Shown: positions 9,923 through 20,445 of the stretch, piece after piece | Numbering within the stretch: the stretch's first letter is position 1 | How the letters are laid out: each line of letters opens with the position of its first letter | DNA from: an uncultured Actinomycetes bacterium | GTDB lineage: Bacteria > Actinomycetota > UBA4738 > HRBIN12 | Direction of reading: 5' to 3' | Assembly: GCA_963780015.1 (NCBI GenBank) | Contig: CAWAAO010000014.1 | Location: forward strand, 333,336 to 397,335 | Length of the DNA: 64,000 nucleotides | The notes under the pieces: model-generated | What the model saw: only the letters and a program-made list of their open reading frames with translations | What the model was told of the DNA's origin: nothing | Databases searched by the model: none | Program-made: the position numbers and the translations under genes

Positions 9923-11080
9923 ATGAGGCAGCTCAGCATCCTCGGCTCGACGGGGTCGATCGGGACCCAGGCGCTCGACGTCGTGCGGCGCAATGCCGAC
10001 CGGTTCAAGGTCGTCGGGCTGTCTGCCGCCGGCATGAACCAGGAGCTGTTCGTCGGCCAGATCCGGGAGTTCCTGCCGCCGCTGGTGGCGATCGCCGACG
10101 AGGAGGCCGCCCACGACATCCAGGAGCACCTCGGGGGGCTCAAGGGCGTCGAGTTCATCGTGGGGCCCGATGCCGCCGAACAGCTCGCCCGCGACACGGA
10201 AGGCGATCTCGTCCTGAACGCCCTCGTCGGCAGCGCCGGGCTCGGCCCGACCCTCGCGGCCCTGCAGGCGGGCAAGACCCTTGCGCTGGCCAACAAGGAG
10301 TCGCTGGTGGTGGGTGGCGAGCTGGTGATGGACCTCGTCAAGGGCGAGCCCGAGCGGCTGTTGCCCGTCGATTCCGAGCACGCTGCGCTGGCGCTGGCGA
10401 TGCGTCACGAGCGGCGCGAGGACCTCAAGCGTGTCGTGATCACCGGTTCCGGCGGCCCGTTCCGTGGCTGGACCCACGCCGAGCTGCAGCGTGCGAGTCT
10501 CAAGGAGGCCCTGCAGCACCCCGTGTGGGCGATGGGCCCCAAGATCACGATCGACTCCGCAACGCTGATGAACAAGGGTCTCGAGGTGATCGAGGCGCAC
10601 TATCTGTTCGACCTGGAGTACTCGCAGATCCACGTGTTGATCCACCCCGAGGGCGTCGTGCACGCGATGGCGGAGTTCCGCGACGGCAGCCTGCGGGCGG
10701 AGATGGCGACCGCCGACATGCGGTTGCCGATCCAGCTCGCGCTCGCCTGGCCCGAGCGCCTGCCGACCGGGGTGGAGCCGGTCCCGCTCACCGAGCGCAG
10801 CCTCAGCTTCGAACCGGTCGACCGCGAAGCCTTCCCCGCGGTCGACCTCGCATACCGAGTCGGCGGTCTGGGGCTCACGTTCCCGGCGGTCATGAACGCC
10901 GCGAACGAGGTCGCCGTCATGGCATTCCTGGAAGGGAAGATCCCGCTCACCCGCATCGTCGACCTCGTGCAAACGGTGGTGGACGAACACGAGCCCGGCT
11001 CCATCGTCTCGGTCGTGAACATCGAGCGTGCCGACGCCTGGGCGCGGCACCGAGCGGCCGAGATCATCGACGAGCGGTAG
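9923..11080 (+). CDS. dxr: 1-deoxy-D-xylulose-5-phosphate reductoisomerase
   Basis: Motifs MRQLSILGSTGSIGTQALDVV, LANKESLVVGGE and LPVDSEHAALA. This is the 3' part of the artefactual 909-aa ORF 8351..11080. GTG 9920 is an alternative start. Confidence 0.95.
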   Translation: MRQLSILGSTGSIGTQALDVVRRNADRFKVVGLSAAGMNQELFVGQIREFLPPLVAIADEEAAHDIQEHLGGLKGVEFIVGPDAAEQLARDTEGDLVLNALVGSAGLGPTLAALQAGKTLALANKESLVVGGELVMDLVKGEPERLLPVDSEHAALALAMRHERREDLKRVVITGSGGPFRGWTHAELQRASLKEALQHPVWAMGPKITIDSATLMNKGLEVIEAHYLFDLEYSQIHVLIHPEGVVHAMAEFRDGSLRAEMATADMRLPIQLALAWPERLPTGVEPVPLTERSLSFEPVDREAFPAVDLAYRVGGLGLTFPAVMNAANEVAVMAFLEGKIPLTRIVDLVQTVVDEHEPGSIVSVVNIERADAWARHRAAEIIDER

Positions 11081-11083
11081 CGC

Positions 11084-12196
11084 ATGGCGTTCGGCCTGTC
11101 CGTCCTGCTGTTCATCGTCTCCCTCTTCTTGATCGTGATGATCCACGAGGGCGGGCACTATCTCGCCGCGCGGAAGTTCAACTTCCGGGTGCTGGAGTAC
11201 TTCCTCGGCTTCGGGCCGCGGCTCTGGTCGTTCCGCAGAGGTGAGATCGAATACGGGGTGAAGGCCATCCCGGCCGGCGGCTACGTGAAGATCGCCGGGA
11301 TGAACCCGTACGAGAACGATGTGCCCGAGGGCGACGAGCATCGGGCCTACACCGCCAAGCCGGTGTGGCAACGGATCACGGTGATCCTCGCGGGGCCGTT
11401 CTCACACTTCGTGGTCGCCTATCTCATCTTCGCGGCCGTGTTCTTCTTCGCGGCGAACTGGAACATCCCCGGGATCGCCGCCGTCGACCCGCTCATCAAC
11501 GGGCAGCCGTCGCCGGCAGCCGTCGCCGGCATGCAACCGGGCGATGTGATCCTGCAGATCGGCGACCTGGCGCAACCGAATCTGAACGAGGTCGGTGACT
11601 ACCAGGCGGCGCATGTCGGCCAACCGATCGTGTACGTCGTCGACCGGGACGGTCAGCAGGTCACCCTCACCGCGACGCCCGTCGAAACGGAGACCGACGG
11701 GGTCACGGGGGCGCGGATCGGCATCCAGATGGCCGGCGTGAAGGAGGGGGCGGTCGGGGCGCTCGAGCACGCGGGCGGATCCCTCTGGGACACGACGCGC
11801 GAGGCGGCGACCGGGATCACCACGGTCTTCGGCCCCGCCGGCTTCCAACGCACGTATTCCCAGCTCTTCAACGGCGCCCCACGCGACAAGGAGGGTGGCG
11901 TCTCGTTGATCGGCGTCGGCCAGGTCGCCGGTCACGCGGGCTCGCAGGGATCCTGGGCCTTGTACTTCACGTTGTTCGCCACCGTGGTCTTGTTCATCGG
12001 GCTGCTCAACCTGCTGCCGTTCCCGCCGCTGGACGGCGGGCACGTCGCGATCGCCCTGATCGAGAAGGTCCGGGGCAAGCGGATCGACATGAAGAAGGTC
12101 GTTCCGGTCTCGGCGGTCGTGCTGCTGATCCTGGGCTTCTTCTCGATCTCCGCGATGATCCTCGACGTGTGGAAACCGATCCAGTCCGGCCCGTAG
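11084..12196 (+). CDS. rseP: M50 family site-2 protease (RseP/Rip1-like zinc metalloprotease)
   Basis: Motifs MIHEGGHYLAARKF (HExxH) and LNLLPFPPLDGGHV, with a PDZ-like central region and multiple TM helices. Confidence 0.9.
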   Translation: MAFGLSVLLFIVSLFLIVMIHEGGHYLAARKFNFRVLEYFLGFGPRLWSFRRGEIEYGVKAIPAGGYVKIAGMNPYENDVPEGDEHRAYTAKPVWQRITVILAGPFSHFVVAYLIFAAVFFFAANWNIPGIAAVDPLINGQPSPAAVAGMQPGDVILQIGDLAQPNLNEVGDYQAAHVGQPIVYVVDRDGQQVTLTATPVETETDGVTGARIGIQMAGVKEGAVGALEHAGGSLWDTTREAATGITTVFGPAGFQRTYSQLFNGAPRDKEGGVSLIGVGQVAGHAGSQGSWALYFTLFATVVLFIGLLNLLPFPPLDGGHVAIALIEKVRGKRIDMKKVVPVSAVVLLILGFFSISAMILDVWKPIQSGP

Positions 12197-12292
12197 CGGG
12201 CCGCGATATGCTCCTGACCTGCAGGAACGCCCGCAGGGCCGTCACAGTTTCTCCATCCGGCCACCCCCCGCCCGCAACCTCGGCCGCGTACG

Positions 12293-12998
12293 ATGTCGCC
12301 CGTGAGTGAGCAGACGATCCTGGTCGTGGACGACGAGGAAGCGATCGCGGAGGCCGTCCGTGCCCGACTCGAGTCCGAGGGTTATCGCGTGGTGACCGCC
12401 GCCGACGGGCCCGAGGCGATCGACGCCACACGCCGAGCACCACCCCGACCTGGTCGTGCTCGATCTGATGCTGCCGGGCATGGATGGGCTCGAGGTCTGC
12501 CAGCAGATCCAGAAGGACGGCTGGACCCCGGTCCTCATGCTGACCGCGCGCACCGAGGAGGCCGACAAGGTCGCCGGGTTCGCGGTCGGCGCCGACGACT
12601 ACCTGACGAAGCCCTTCAGCCTTCGCGAGCTCACGGTGCGCGTGAAGGCGATCCTGCGGCGCGTCGACCGGATCCGGGGCGTCGGCCAACAGCCCACCGG
12701 GCCGATCGAGCGCCACGGCATGATGATCGATGACGCGCGCCGCCGGATCGAGGTCGACGATGCGGAGATCGGGCTCACGCCGCTGGAGTTCGAGATCCTG
12801 CTTGCGCTGGCCCGCGACCCGGGCGTGGTCATGAGCCGCGAGGCGCTGATGGACCGGGTCTGGGGCTACCGGGACTACGCCGGCGGGCGTGTGGTCGATT
12901 CCCACGTCGCACGCATCCGTCGCAAGCTCGGCGAGGACGGCAACGACCCACGGTTCATCCGAACGGTGCACGGGGTCGGCTACGCCTTCAAGGAGTGA
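12293..12998 (+). pseudogene. OmpR/PhoB-family response regulator (frame break at about 12434)
   Basis: The receiver N-terminus TILVVDDEEAIAEAVRARLESEGYRVVTAADGPEAIDATR continues in the next frame as EHHPDLVVLDLMLPGMDG..LTKPFSLRELTVRVKAILRR. The winged-helix C-terminus is RFIRTVHGVGYAF. A TACGAT hexamer at 12289-12294 suggests a leaderless GTG 12302 start. Confidence 0.85.
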
Positions 12999-14377
12999 TC
13001 GGGGTGGCGATGCGGCCCCTCGAGAAGCTTCCGTCGATCCGGGCGAAGCTCGGTTCGGTCATCGTGCTGGCGGTCGCCATGACCCTGTTGATCAGCTACG
13101 CGGTCATCGGCTACGCCCTGCGGGACTCCCCGCGAGACAGCGAGGCGATCGACACGCTCGCGCTCGCGGGCAAGGCGGCGGCGGGGCAGCTCCCGAACAT
13201 CCCGTCCGACACGGAGATCATCCGGCGCGCACCCGACGGAACCGTGACCGGCATCGAGGGCATGCAGTTCTCCTGCCTGCCCGATCCGTACACCGACGGC
13301 GTTCCCCATTGGGGCGTCATCTGCCACATCACGTGGGCCAGCGTCCCGTCGCCCGACGGCGGCTCGGTCACCGCGATGCAGCCGTCCCCGAGTCGCGGCT
13401 CGCTCGGGCGCATCTCGGCGACGCTGGGGTTCCTGCAGAGCATGTGGTGGCAGTTCCTCCTCGCGGGCGCGATCGCGGGCGTGATCTCGCTGCTGATCGC
13501 GCGCTGGCTGGCGCGCGGCATGACGCAACCGTTGCGCGACATGGCCGCGGCGGCCCGGGCCATGGAGATCGGCGACTACTCGGCCCGGGTCGTGACGACG
13601 AGTCGCGATGAGGTGGGCCAGCTGGCCGCGGCGTTCAACCGTATGAGCTCGGAACTGGCGGTCCTGGAGAAGTCGCGCCGCGATCTCGTCGCCAACGTTT
13701 CCCACGAGCTCAAGACCCCGATCACGGCGATCCGTGCGCACCTGGAGAACCTCGCCGACGGCGTCGAGCAGCCGGACCCCAAGACGCTGCAGGTGATGCT
13801 GGCCCAAACCGAACGGCTCGGGCGCCTGGTCGACCAGCTCCTGGATCTGTCGCGATTGGAGAGCGGCGAGGTGCCGATGTACATGGAGGTCACCTCGCTG
13901 GAGCCGATCGTGGCGCGGGTGCTGTCGGAGATCTCGGTCGGGCGTGCGGTCACCGATGTGACGCTGCGCAACGACGTCTCGGCCGATCTCGCGGCCACCG
14001 CCGATGCGGAGCGGATCCATCAGGTGCTCTACAACCTGGTGGACAACGCCGTGCGCTTCACGCCTCCCGGTGGCTCGGTCACGGTGACGGGGACCCGGCG
14101 GGAGGACCGCGTGGCCATCGAGGTCCGCGACTCGGGGGTCGGCATCGCGCCCGAGCACCTGCCGCGGTTGTTCGAGCGCTTCTATCGCGCCGACGCTTCT
14201 CGGTCGCGCGAGGGCGGGGGCACCGGCATCGGTCTCGCGATCGCCCGCTCCATCGTCGAGAGTCACGGTGGCCGGATCACCGCCACGAGCGAGCCCGGCC
14301 ACGGCTCCGCATTCACGTTCGACCTGCCGGCGGCGGAGGCCGCCGTCTCCACCAGCGATAGGAGGGCTTCCACGTGA
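12995..14377 (+). CDS. Sensor histidine kinase (HAMP-HisKA-HATPase)
   Basis: Two TM segments. HAMP motif SRDEVGQLAAAFNRM, H-box VSHELKTPITAIRAH, N box LYNLVDNAVRF, G boxes DSGVGI and GGTGIGLAIA. The start could be GTG 12995 (GTGA overlap) or ATG 13010. Confidence 0.9.
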   Translation: MIGVAMRPLEKLPSIRAKLGSVIVLAVAMTLLISYAVIGYALRDSPRDSEAIDTLALAGKAAAGQLPNIPSDTEIIRRAPDGTVTGIEGMQFSCLPDPYTDGVPHWGVICHITWASVPSPDGGSVTAMQPSPSRGSLGRISATLGFLQSMWWQFLLAGAIAGVISLLIARWLARGMTQPLRDMAAAARAMEIGDYSARVVTTSRDEVGQLAAAFNRMSSELAVLEKSRRDLVANVSHELKTPITAIRAHLENLADGVEQPDPKTLQVMLAQTERLGRLVDQLLDLSRLESGEVPMYMEVTSLEPIVARVLSEISVGRAVTDVTLRNDVSADLAATADAERIHQVLYNLVDNAVRFTPPGGSVTVTGTRREDRVAIEVRDSGVGIAPEHLPRLFERFYRADASRSREGGGTGIGLAIARSIVESHGGRITATSEPGHGSAFTFDLPAAEAAVSTSDRRAST

Positions 14378-14823
14378 TTTCCGCTACGACCGCCGTGACC
14401 GTCGCCGCCGACGGCCGCTACGAGTACCTCGACCTGACCGACGACCTCCATCGCGCCGTGAAGGACGCGGGGGTGACCGAGGGCATGGTCGTCGCGTTCT
14501 GCGCGCACACGACCTGCGCGCTGCTGATCAACGAATGGGAGGACGGCGCCCTGGCGGACTTCCGGCGCCACCTGACCGAGGCGATCCCGCACGACGGCAT
14601 CTATTACCAGCACGACGACTTCGACATCCGCACCCAGAACATGCACGACGACGAGCGCAAGAACGGCCACGCCCACGTGAAGGCGATGTTGCTGTCGGCG
14701 ACCTCGCACGCGATCCCGGTCGTCGGTGGCGAGCCTGCGTTCGGCACCTGGCAGCGGCTGATCTTCTTCGAGATGGACGAGCCGAAGGACCGCACGGTCA
14801 CGTTCCACGTGTTCGGCACCTAG
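14374..14823 (+). CDS. YjbQ/UPF0047 family protein (secondary thiamine-phosphate synthase-like)
   Basis: Motifs [16 protein letters not shown] and [19 protein letters not shown] lies upstream of the GTG. GTGA overlap with the kinase stop. Confidence 0.8.
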   Translation: MISATTAVTVAADGRYEYLDLTDDLHRAVKDAGVTEGMVVAFCAHTTCALLINEWEDGALADFRRHLTEAIPHDGIYYQHDDFDIRTQNMHDDERKNGHAHVKAMLLSATSHAIPVVGGEPAFGTWQRLIFFEMDEPKDRTVTFHVFGT

Positions 14824-14845
14824 TCCGCCGCCCTGGGAGACTCGA

Positions 14846-15931
14846 GTGGTGGAACGACGCAAGACTCGGCAGCTGCAGGTCGGCCGCGTGGCGGTCGGTG
14901 GCGACGCGCCGGTCTCCATCCAGTCGATGACCACCACGAAGACGGCCGACATCAACGCGACCCTGCAGCAGATCGCGTCGCTGGTGGCGGCGGGCGTCGA
15001 CATCGTGCGGGTCGCCGTGCCGCATTGGGAGGATGCCGAGGCGCTGGTCGCGATCGCCGCGAAGTCGACGGTGCCGGTCGTGGCCGACATCCACTTCCAG
15101 TGGAAGTACGCGATGGCGGCGCTCGAGGCGGGCATCCAGGGACTGCGGATCAACCCGGGCAACATCAAGTATCAGGACAAGGTGCGTCTGATCGCGCGCG
15201 AGGCGAAGGCCCGCGGCGTGCCGATCCGCATCGGGGTCAACGCCGGCTCGCTCGAGAAGGACCTGCTTGCGAAGTACGGCGCGCCGACGCCCGAAGCGCT
15301 CGTCGAGTCGGCCATGAACGAGGCGCGCATCCTCGAGGACGAGGACTTCCACGACATCAAGATCAGCGTGAAGCACTCGAGCGCGGCCGTGATGATCGAG
15401 GCCTACCGGCAGTTGGCCGAGCAGTGCGACTACCCGTTGCACCTCGGGGTGACCGAGGCCGGGCCGATGCCGTTGGGCGGCGTCAAGTCCGCCGTCGGGA
15501 TCGGCACGCTGCTCGCCGAGGGCATCGGCGACACGATCCGTGTCTCCCTGACCGACGACCCCGTCGAAGAGGTGAAGGTCGGCAACGCGATCTTGCAGTC
15601 GCTCGGCCTGCGGGAACGCGGCCTGGACCTCGTGGCGTGCCCGTCGTGCGGCCGCGCCGAGGTGAACGTGCTCGAGCTCACGAAGAAGGTCGAGGCCGCG
15701 ATCGAGGCCGAGGAGTTCGGCGTGCCGATGCGGGTCGCCGTGATGGGCTGCGTCGTCAACGGCCCCGGGGAGGCGCGCGAGGCCGACGTCGGCATCGCCA
15801 GCGGCAACGGCTTGGGGTTCATCATCCGCGGCGGCGAGGCGGTCGGGAAGGTGCCCGAGGACGAGCTGGTCGACGCCTTGCTGGTCGAGGCGCGAAAGGT
15901 CGCCGCGGAAAAGGTGGCCGCCGGGGCCTGA
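14846..15931 (+). CDS. ispG: 4-hydroxy-3-methylbut-2-en-1-yl diphosphate synthase (flavodoxin)
   Basis: Motifs [37 protein letters not shown] and [15 protein letters not shown]. Confidence 0.96.
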   Translation: MVERRKTRQLQVGRVAVGGDAPVSIQSMTTTKTADINATLQQIASLVAAGVDIVRVAVPHWEDAEALVAIAAKSTVPVVADIHFQWKYAMAALEAGIQGLRINPGNIKYQDKVRLIAREAKARGVPIRIGVNAGSLEKDLLAKYGAPTPEALVESAMNEARILEDEDFHDIKISVKHSSAAVMIEAYRQLAEQCDYPLHLGVTEAGPMPLGGVKSAVGIGTLLAEGIGDTIRVSLTDDPVEEVKVGNAILQSLGLRERGLDLVACPSCGRAEVNVLELTKKVEAAIEAEEFGVPMRVAVMGCVVNGPGEAREADVGIASGNGLGFIIRGGEAVGKVPEDELVDALLVEARKVAAEKVAAGA

Positions 15932-15932
15932 C

Positions 15933-17165
15933 CTATTCGGCGTCGAACGGCAGGACGGCCTCGATGCCGTCCGTCGCCGCATCGGCCGCCCGGCGTTGCG
16001 GAACATCGGGTGCGCCGGTCGTGACCGGGACGCGCGCCGTCCGCAACCACGACACCACGATGTCGATCCACACGAGGTTGCGAGCCAGGACGAGCCAGCC
16101 GACCCAGGCCGCCGGCACGGCTGCCTGCTCGCGCCACACGAGCGCGACCACGCCGGTGAGGACCACCGCGACCGTCGCGACGCCGGCGGTGTGACGCTCG
16201 TCGCGATCGCCGTCGAACGCCAGCGCTGCGAACGGCAGGACCCACGCGGCCATCTGGAGTGAGAACACCGGCGAGAAGACGACGAGGGTAGCGACGGCCG
16301 CGAGCGCGGCCCCGCCGACGGGATCGCGGGCGTCGCGCGAGGCGCGGCGCCAGATCCATGTCTCACACGCGATCAGAGCGGCGAACAGGATCGCCTTGAC
16401 CGCCAGGGTGGCGTGGCCGATGCGGATCGCATCGGCCTCCCGATAGGGCTCGCCGCGGCCGAGGATCCACAGCAGATCGCCGACGAGGCTCTCCGCGTGC
16501 CATCCACGGGTATCGCGGAACGACAGCACCTGGAACGGTCCCTTCGGACCGCCGGTGAGGTACCACCATGCCCCGATCACGAGACAGACCGCGACCCCGA
16601 GGAGCAGGCCGCGCCGCGCCCGACGGAACGCAAAGATCGGCACCAGCACCAACGGCCAGAGCTTGGCCATCACGGCGAGACCGAGTGCGACGCCGCCGAG
16701 TTCCTCGCGCCGCCGGTGGAGCAGCGCCAGGGACCACGCGGCGAGGGCGACCGCGACGAGATCGAACCGCAGGTACAGGAACGACAGCAGCGGCAGTCCG
16801 AGCAGCAGGTAGGTGGCCGACTGCCGCCGTCCCCAGCCCCACGCCAGCGCAACGGCCGCGGCCATGTCGGCGAGAAACGCGACCAGCGCGATCCGCCGGG
16901 CGGCGTCCGCCACGTCGCCCGAGCCGAGGGCCCGATCGAACAGCGTCTGCACGGGCATGAACTCCACCGGGAAGTTCCGATAGGCGGTCGCGGGCGAGGT
17001 CGCGATGCGGTTCGCCCGGGCGACGTCGGCGTCCGCCGGTGCCAAGGAGGCGGCCCGGGCGAGGATCACGACCAGCACCAGGATGTGGAGCGCCACGAGG
17101 CCGCCCACCACCGCGCTCGTCGGATGCTGCAGGAAGCCGGCGCGTTCGGCGGGCGTGTGGGACAT
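15933..17165 (-). CDS. Polytopic membrane protein, candidate DUF2029/GT87 (PimE-like) glycosyltransferase
   Basis: At least 9 hydrophobic helices. Start set at MSHTPAERAG (ATG 17165), because the upstream 119 codons of ORF 15933..17522 are antisense to the neighbouring gene. The functional call rests on overall resemblance only. Confidence 0.6.
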   Translation of the reverse strand: MSHTPAERAGFLQHPTSAVVGGLVALHILVLVVILARAASLAPADADVARANRIATSPATAYRNFPVEFMPVQTLFDRALGSGDVADAARRIALVAFLADMAAAVALAWGWGRRQSATYLLLGLPLLSFLYLRFDLVAVALAAWSLALLHRRREELGGVALGLAVMAKLWPLVLVPIFAFRRARRGLLLGVAVCLVIGAWWYLTGGPKGPFQVLSFRDTRGWHAESLVGDLLWILGRGEPYREADAIRIGHATLAVKAILFAALIACETWIWRRASRDARDPVGGAALAAVATLVVFSPVFSLQMAAWVLPFAALAFDGDRDERHTAGVATVAVVLTGVVALVWREQAAVPAAWVGWLVLARNLVWIDIVVSWLRTARVPVTTGAPDVPQRRAADAATDGIEAVLPFDAE

Positions 17166-17208
17166 GTCGTGCTCAACCGTAGCGGTCGCGGGTGCCGATG
17201 ACTCGGAG

Positions 17209-18162
17209 ATGCGGGGGATCCGGACGGTCGCGGCGGTCGCCGCCTGCTGCATCGCCGCGGGGGCGCTCGCGCTGCCGGTGCAGGCGATCCCGGTTCCGGG
17301 CACGACCTGTGACGTGTTCCCGTCGAACAACGTCTGGCATCTCGACGTGTCGAGGTTGCCGACACACCCCAAGTCCGACGTCTGGAAGAAGGCGATGCGC
17401 GCACGCGCGACGTTCCTGCACCCGGACTTCGGCCCGCCTGCGTACGGGATCCCGTTCGATGTCGTCGATGCCGCCCACCCCGACGTGAGCGTGCACTTCA
17501 CGTACGCGAGCGAAAGCGACAAGGGCTCCTATCCGTTCGGACCGGACACGCACGTCGAGGGCGGGTCCGATCGGCACGCGATCATGATCGACCGCGACAC
17601 CTGCACGCTGTATGAGCTGTATGCGGCGCGGTGGAACGGTGGCGATCCGCGGGCCGGCTCCGGCGCGATCTTCGACCTGGCCGACAACGCGCTGCGGCCG
17701 GCGGGCTGGACCAGCGCCGATGCGGCCGGCCTCTCGATCTACGCGGGACTGTTGCGCTACGACGAGGTCGCGGCGGGCTCGGTCGACCATGCGATCCGCG
17801 TCACCGCGGCGTGCACGTACGACGCCTATCTCTGGCCCGCCCGCCATGCCGCCGGCACGAACGATCGCCGTTGTCCGCCGATGGGGGCGCGGTTCCGTCT
17901 GAAGGCCGGGTTCGACGCGAGCCGGTTCGGCCGGCAGGCGCGCGTCGTGATCCGCGCGATGAAGCACTACGGGCTCATCGTGGCCGACAACGGCAGCGAC
18001 TGGTACTTCCAGGGGACGGTCGATCCCCGATGGACCTACTCCTTCGTCGACCAGCTCAAGCGGATCCCCGCCAAGGCGTTCCAGGCGGTGGACGAGCGCG
18101 CCTGCCGCGTGGCACCGAACAGCGGCGCGTTCGCGACCGGCCCCGGTTGTCCCGCGGCCTGA
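17209..18162 (+). CDS. Secreted hypothetical protein
   Basis: ATG 17209 is followed by signal peptide MRGIRTVAAVAACCIAAGALALPVQA. Conserved-looking blocks DRHAIMIDRDTCTLYELY and GLIVADNGSDWYFQG. I do not recognise the family. Confidence 0.7.
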   Translation: MRGIRTVAAVAACCIAAGALALPVQAIPVPGTTCDVFPSNNVWHLDVSRLPTHPKSDVWKKAMRARATFLHPDFGPPAYGIPFDVVDAAHPDVSVHFTYASESDKGSYPFGPDTHVEGGSDRHAIMIDRDTCTLYELYAARWNGGDPRAGSGAIFDLADNALRPAGWTSADAAGLSIYAGLLRYDEVAAGSVDHAIRVTAACTYDAYLWPARHAAGTNDRRCPPMGARFRLKAGFDASRFGRQARVVIRAMKHYGLIVADNGSDWYFQGTVDPRWTYSFVDQLKRIPAKAFQAVDERACRVAPNSGAFATGPGCPAA

Positions 18163-18171
18163 CGAAACTGC

Positions 18172-18734
18172 CTAGCGGACGATCGCGAGGAAGTTCTCCA
18201 CGATCCGGGGTCCTTCGGGCGTCAGGATGCTCTCGGGGTGGAACTGGACGCCGAAATGCGGCAGCTCGCGGTGTTGCGTGCCCATGACGAGCCCGTCCTC
18301 GGTCCACGCCGTGAGCTCGAGTTCCGCCGGCAGGTCGTCGCGCTCGAGGACCAGCGAGTGGTATCGACCGGCCTCGAACGGCACGCTGACGCCCGCAAGG
18401 ATCCCCGCGCCCTCGTGGTAGACGAACGACGCCTTGCCGTGCATCGGTGTGGTGCGATCGACCGTGCCGCCGGCCTCCAGCCCGATCGCCTGGTGGCCGA
18501 GACAGACGCCGAGCACGGGGGTCGTCGCCGGGAGCTGCTCCAGCAGCGCGGTGAAGCAGCCCGCGTCGCGTGGGTGCCCCGGCCCCGGCGACAGGACCAC
18601 GGCGTCGGGCTTGAGGCGAACGAGCTCCTCGGCGGGGCGGTCATCGGACTTCACGACCGTCGTGGCGCGGCCGAGACTCTCGATCAACTGCACGAGGTTG
18701 TAGGTGAACGAGTCGTAGTGGTCGACGACCAGGA

Positions 18735-18738
<4 letters not shown>
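18172..18738 (-). CDS. trpG: Anthranilate synthase component II (glutamine amidotransferase)
   Basis: Motifs MILVVDHYDSFTYNLVQ, GVCLGHQAIG, RYHSLV and FGVQFHPESI. ATGA overlap with the trpE stop. Confidence 0.9.
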
Positions 18739-20228
<1,490 letters not shown>

Positions 20229-20259
20229 CCTCTCGTACGGGTGGGCAGATACGCGTGAA

Positions 20260-20280
20260 CCCCGGACCGCGGGTCCGGGG
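20260..20280 (-). promoter_or_regulatory. GC-rich hairpin in trpE 5' leader (candidate attenuator terminator)
   Basis: On the minus strand: CCCCGGACC-CGC-GGTCCGGGG, a perfect 9-bp stem with a 3-nt loop. It lies 31 nt upstream of the trpE ATG and is followed by UUCACGCGUAUCU, a weak U tract. Confidence 0.6.
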
Positions 20281-20310
20281 CTCGTGGGGCGATGCGACGA
20301 TGCGATCGCG

Positions 20311-20379
20311 TCAGGCGCTCGGCGGCGCCGAGCTCCACGAGCCCGCGCACCACCACCAGGTCCTCGACATGGTCGCCAT
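20311..20379 (-). CDS. trpL: Putative trp operon leader peptide MATMSRTWWWCAGSWSSAPPSA
   Basis: A 22-codon ORF on the trpE strand with three tandem TGG codons (20350-20358) plus a fourth Trp, ending at TGA 20311-20313, upstream of the hairpin. It is not in the supplied ORF track because it is too short. Confidence 0.65.
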   Translation of the reverse strand: MATMSRTWWWCAGSWSSAPPSA

Positions 20380-20445
20380 CAGAGGCGGGATGGTCGCACG
20401 CGCGCCTCGGTCGCGTCAACGGCCGTCGCTTGGTACGGTCGTTCG

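Noticed and set aside
8351-11080. A 909-aa ORF that looks like one huge protein.
   Set aside because: It is a chimera. Only its first 90 or so codons (the acidic CdsA N-terminus) and its last 386 codons (Dxr, from ATG 9923) are real. The middle is an out-of-frame read-through of cdsA, which is encoded in ORF 8370..9863.
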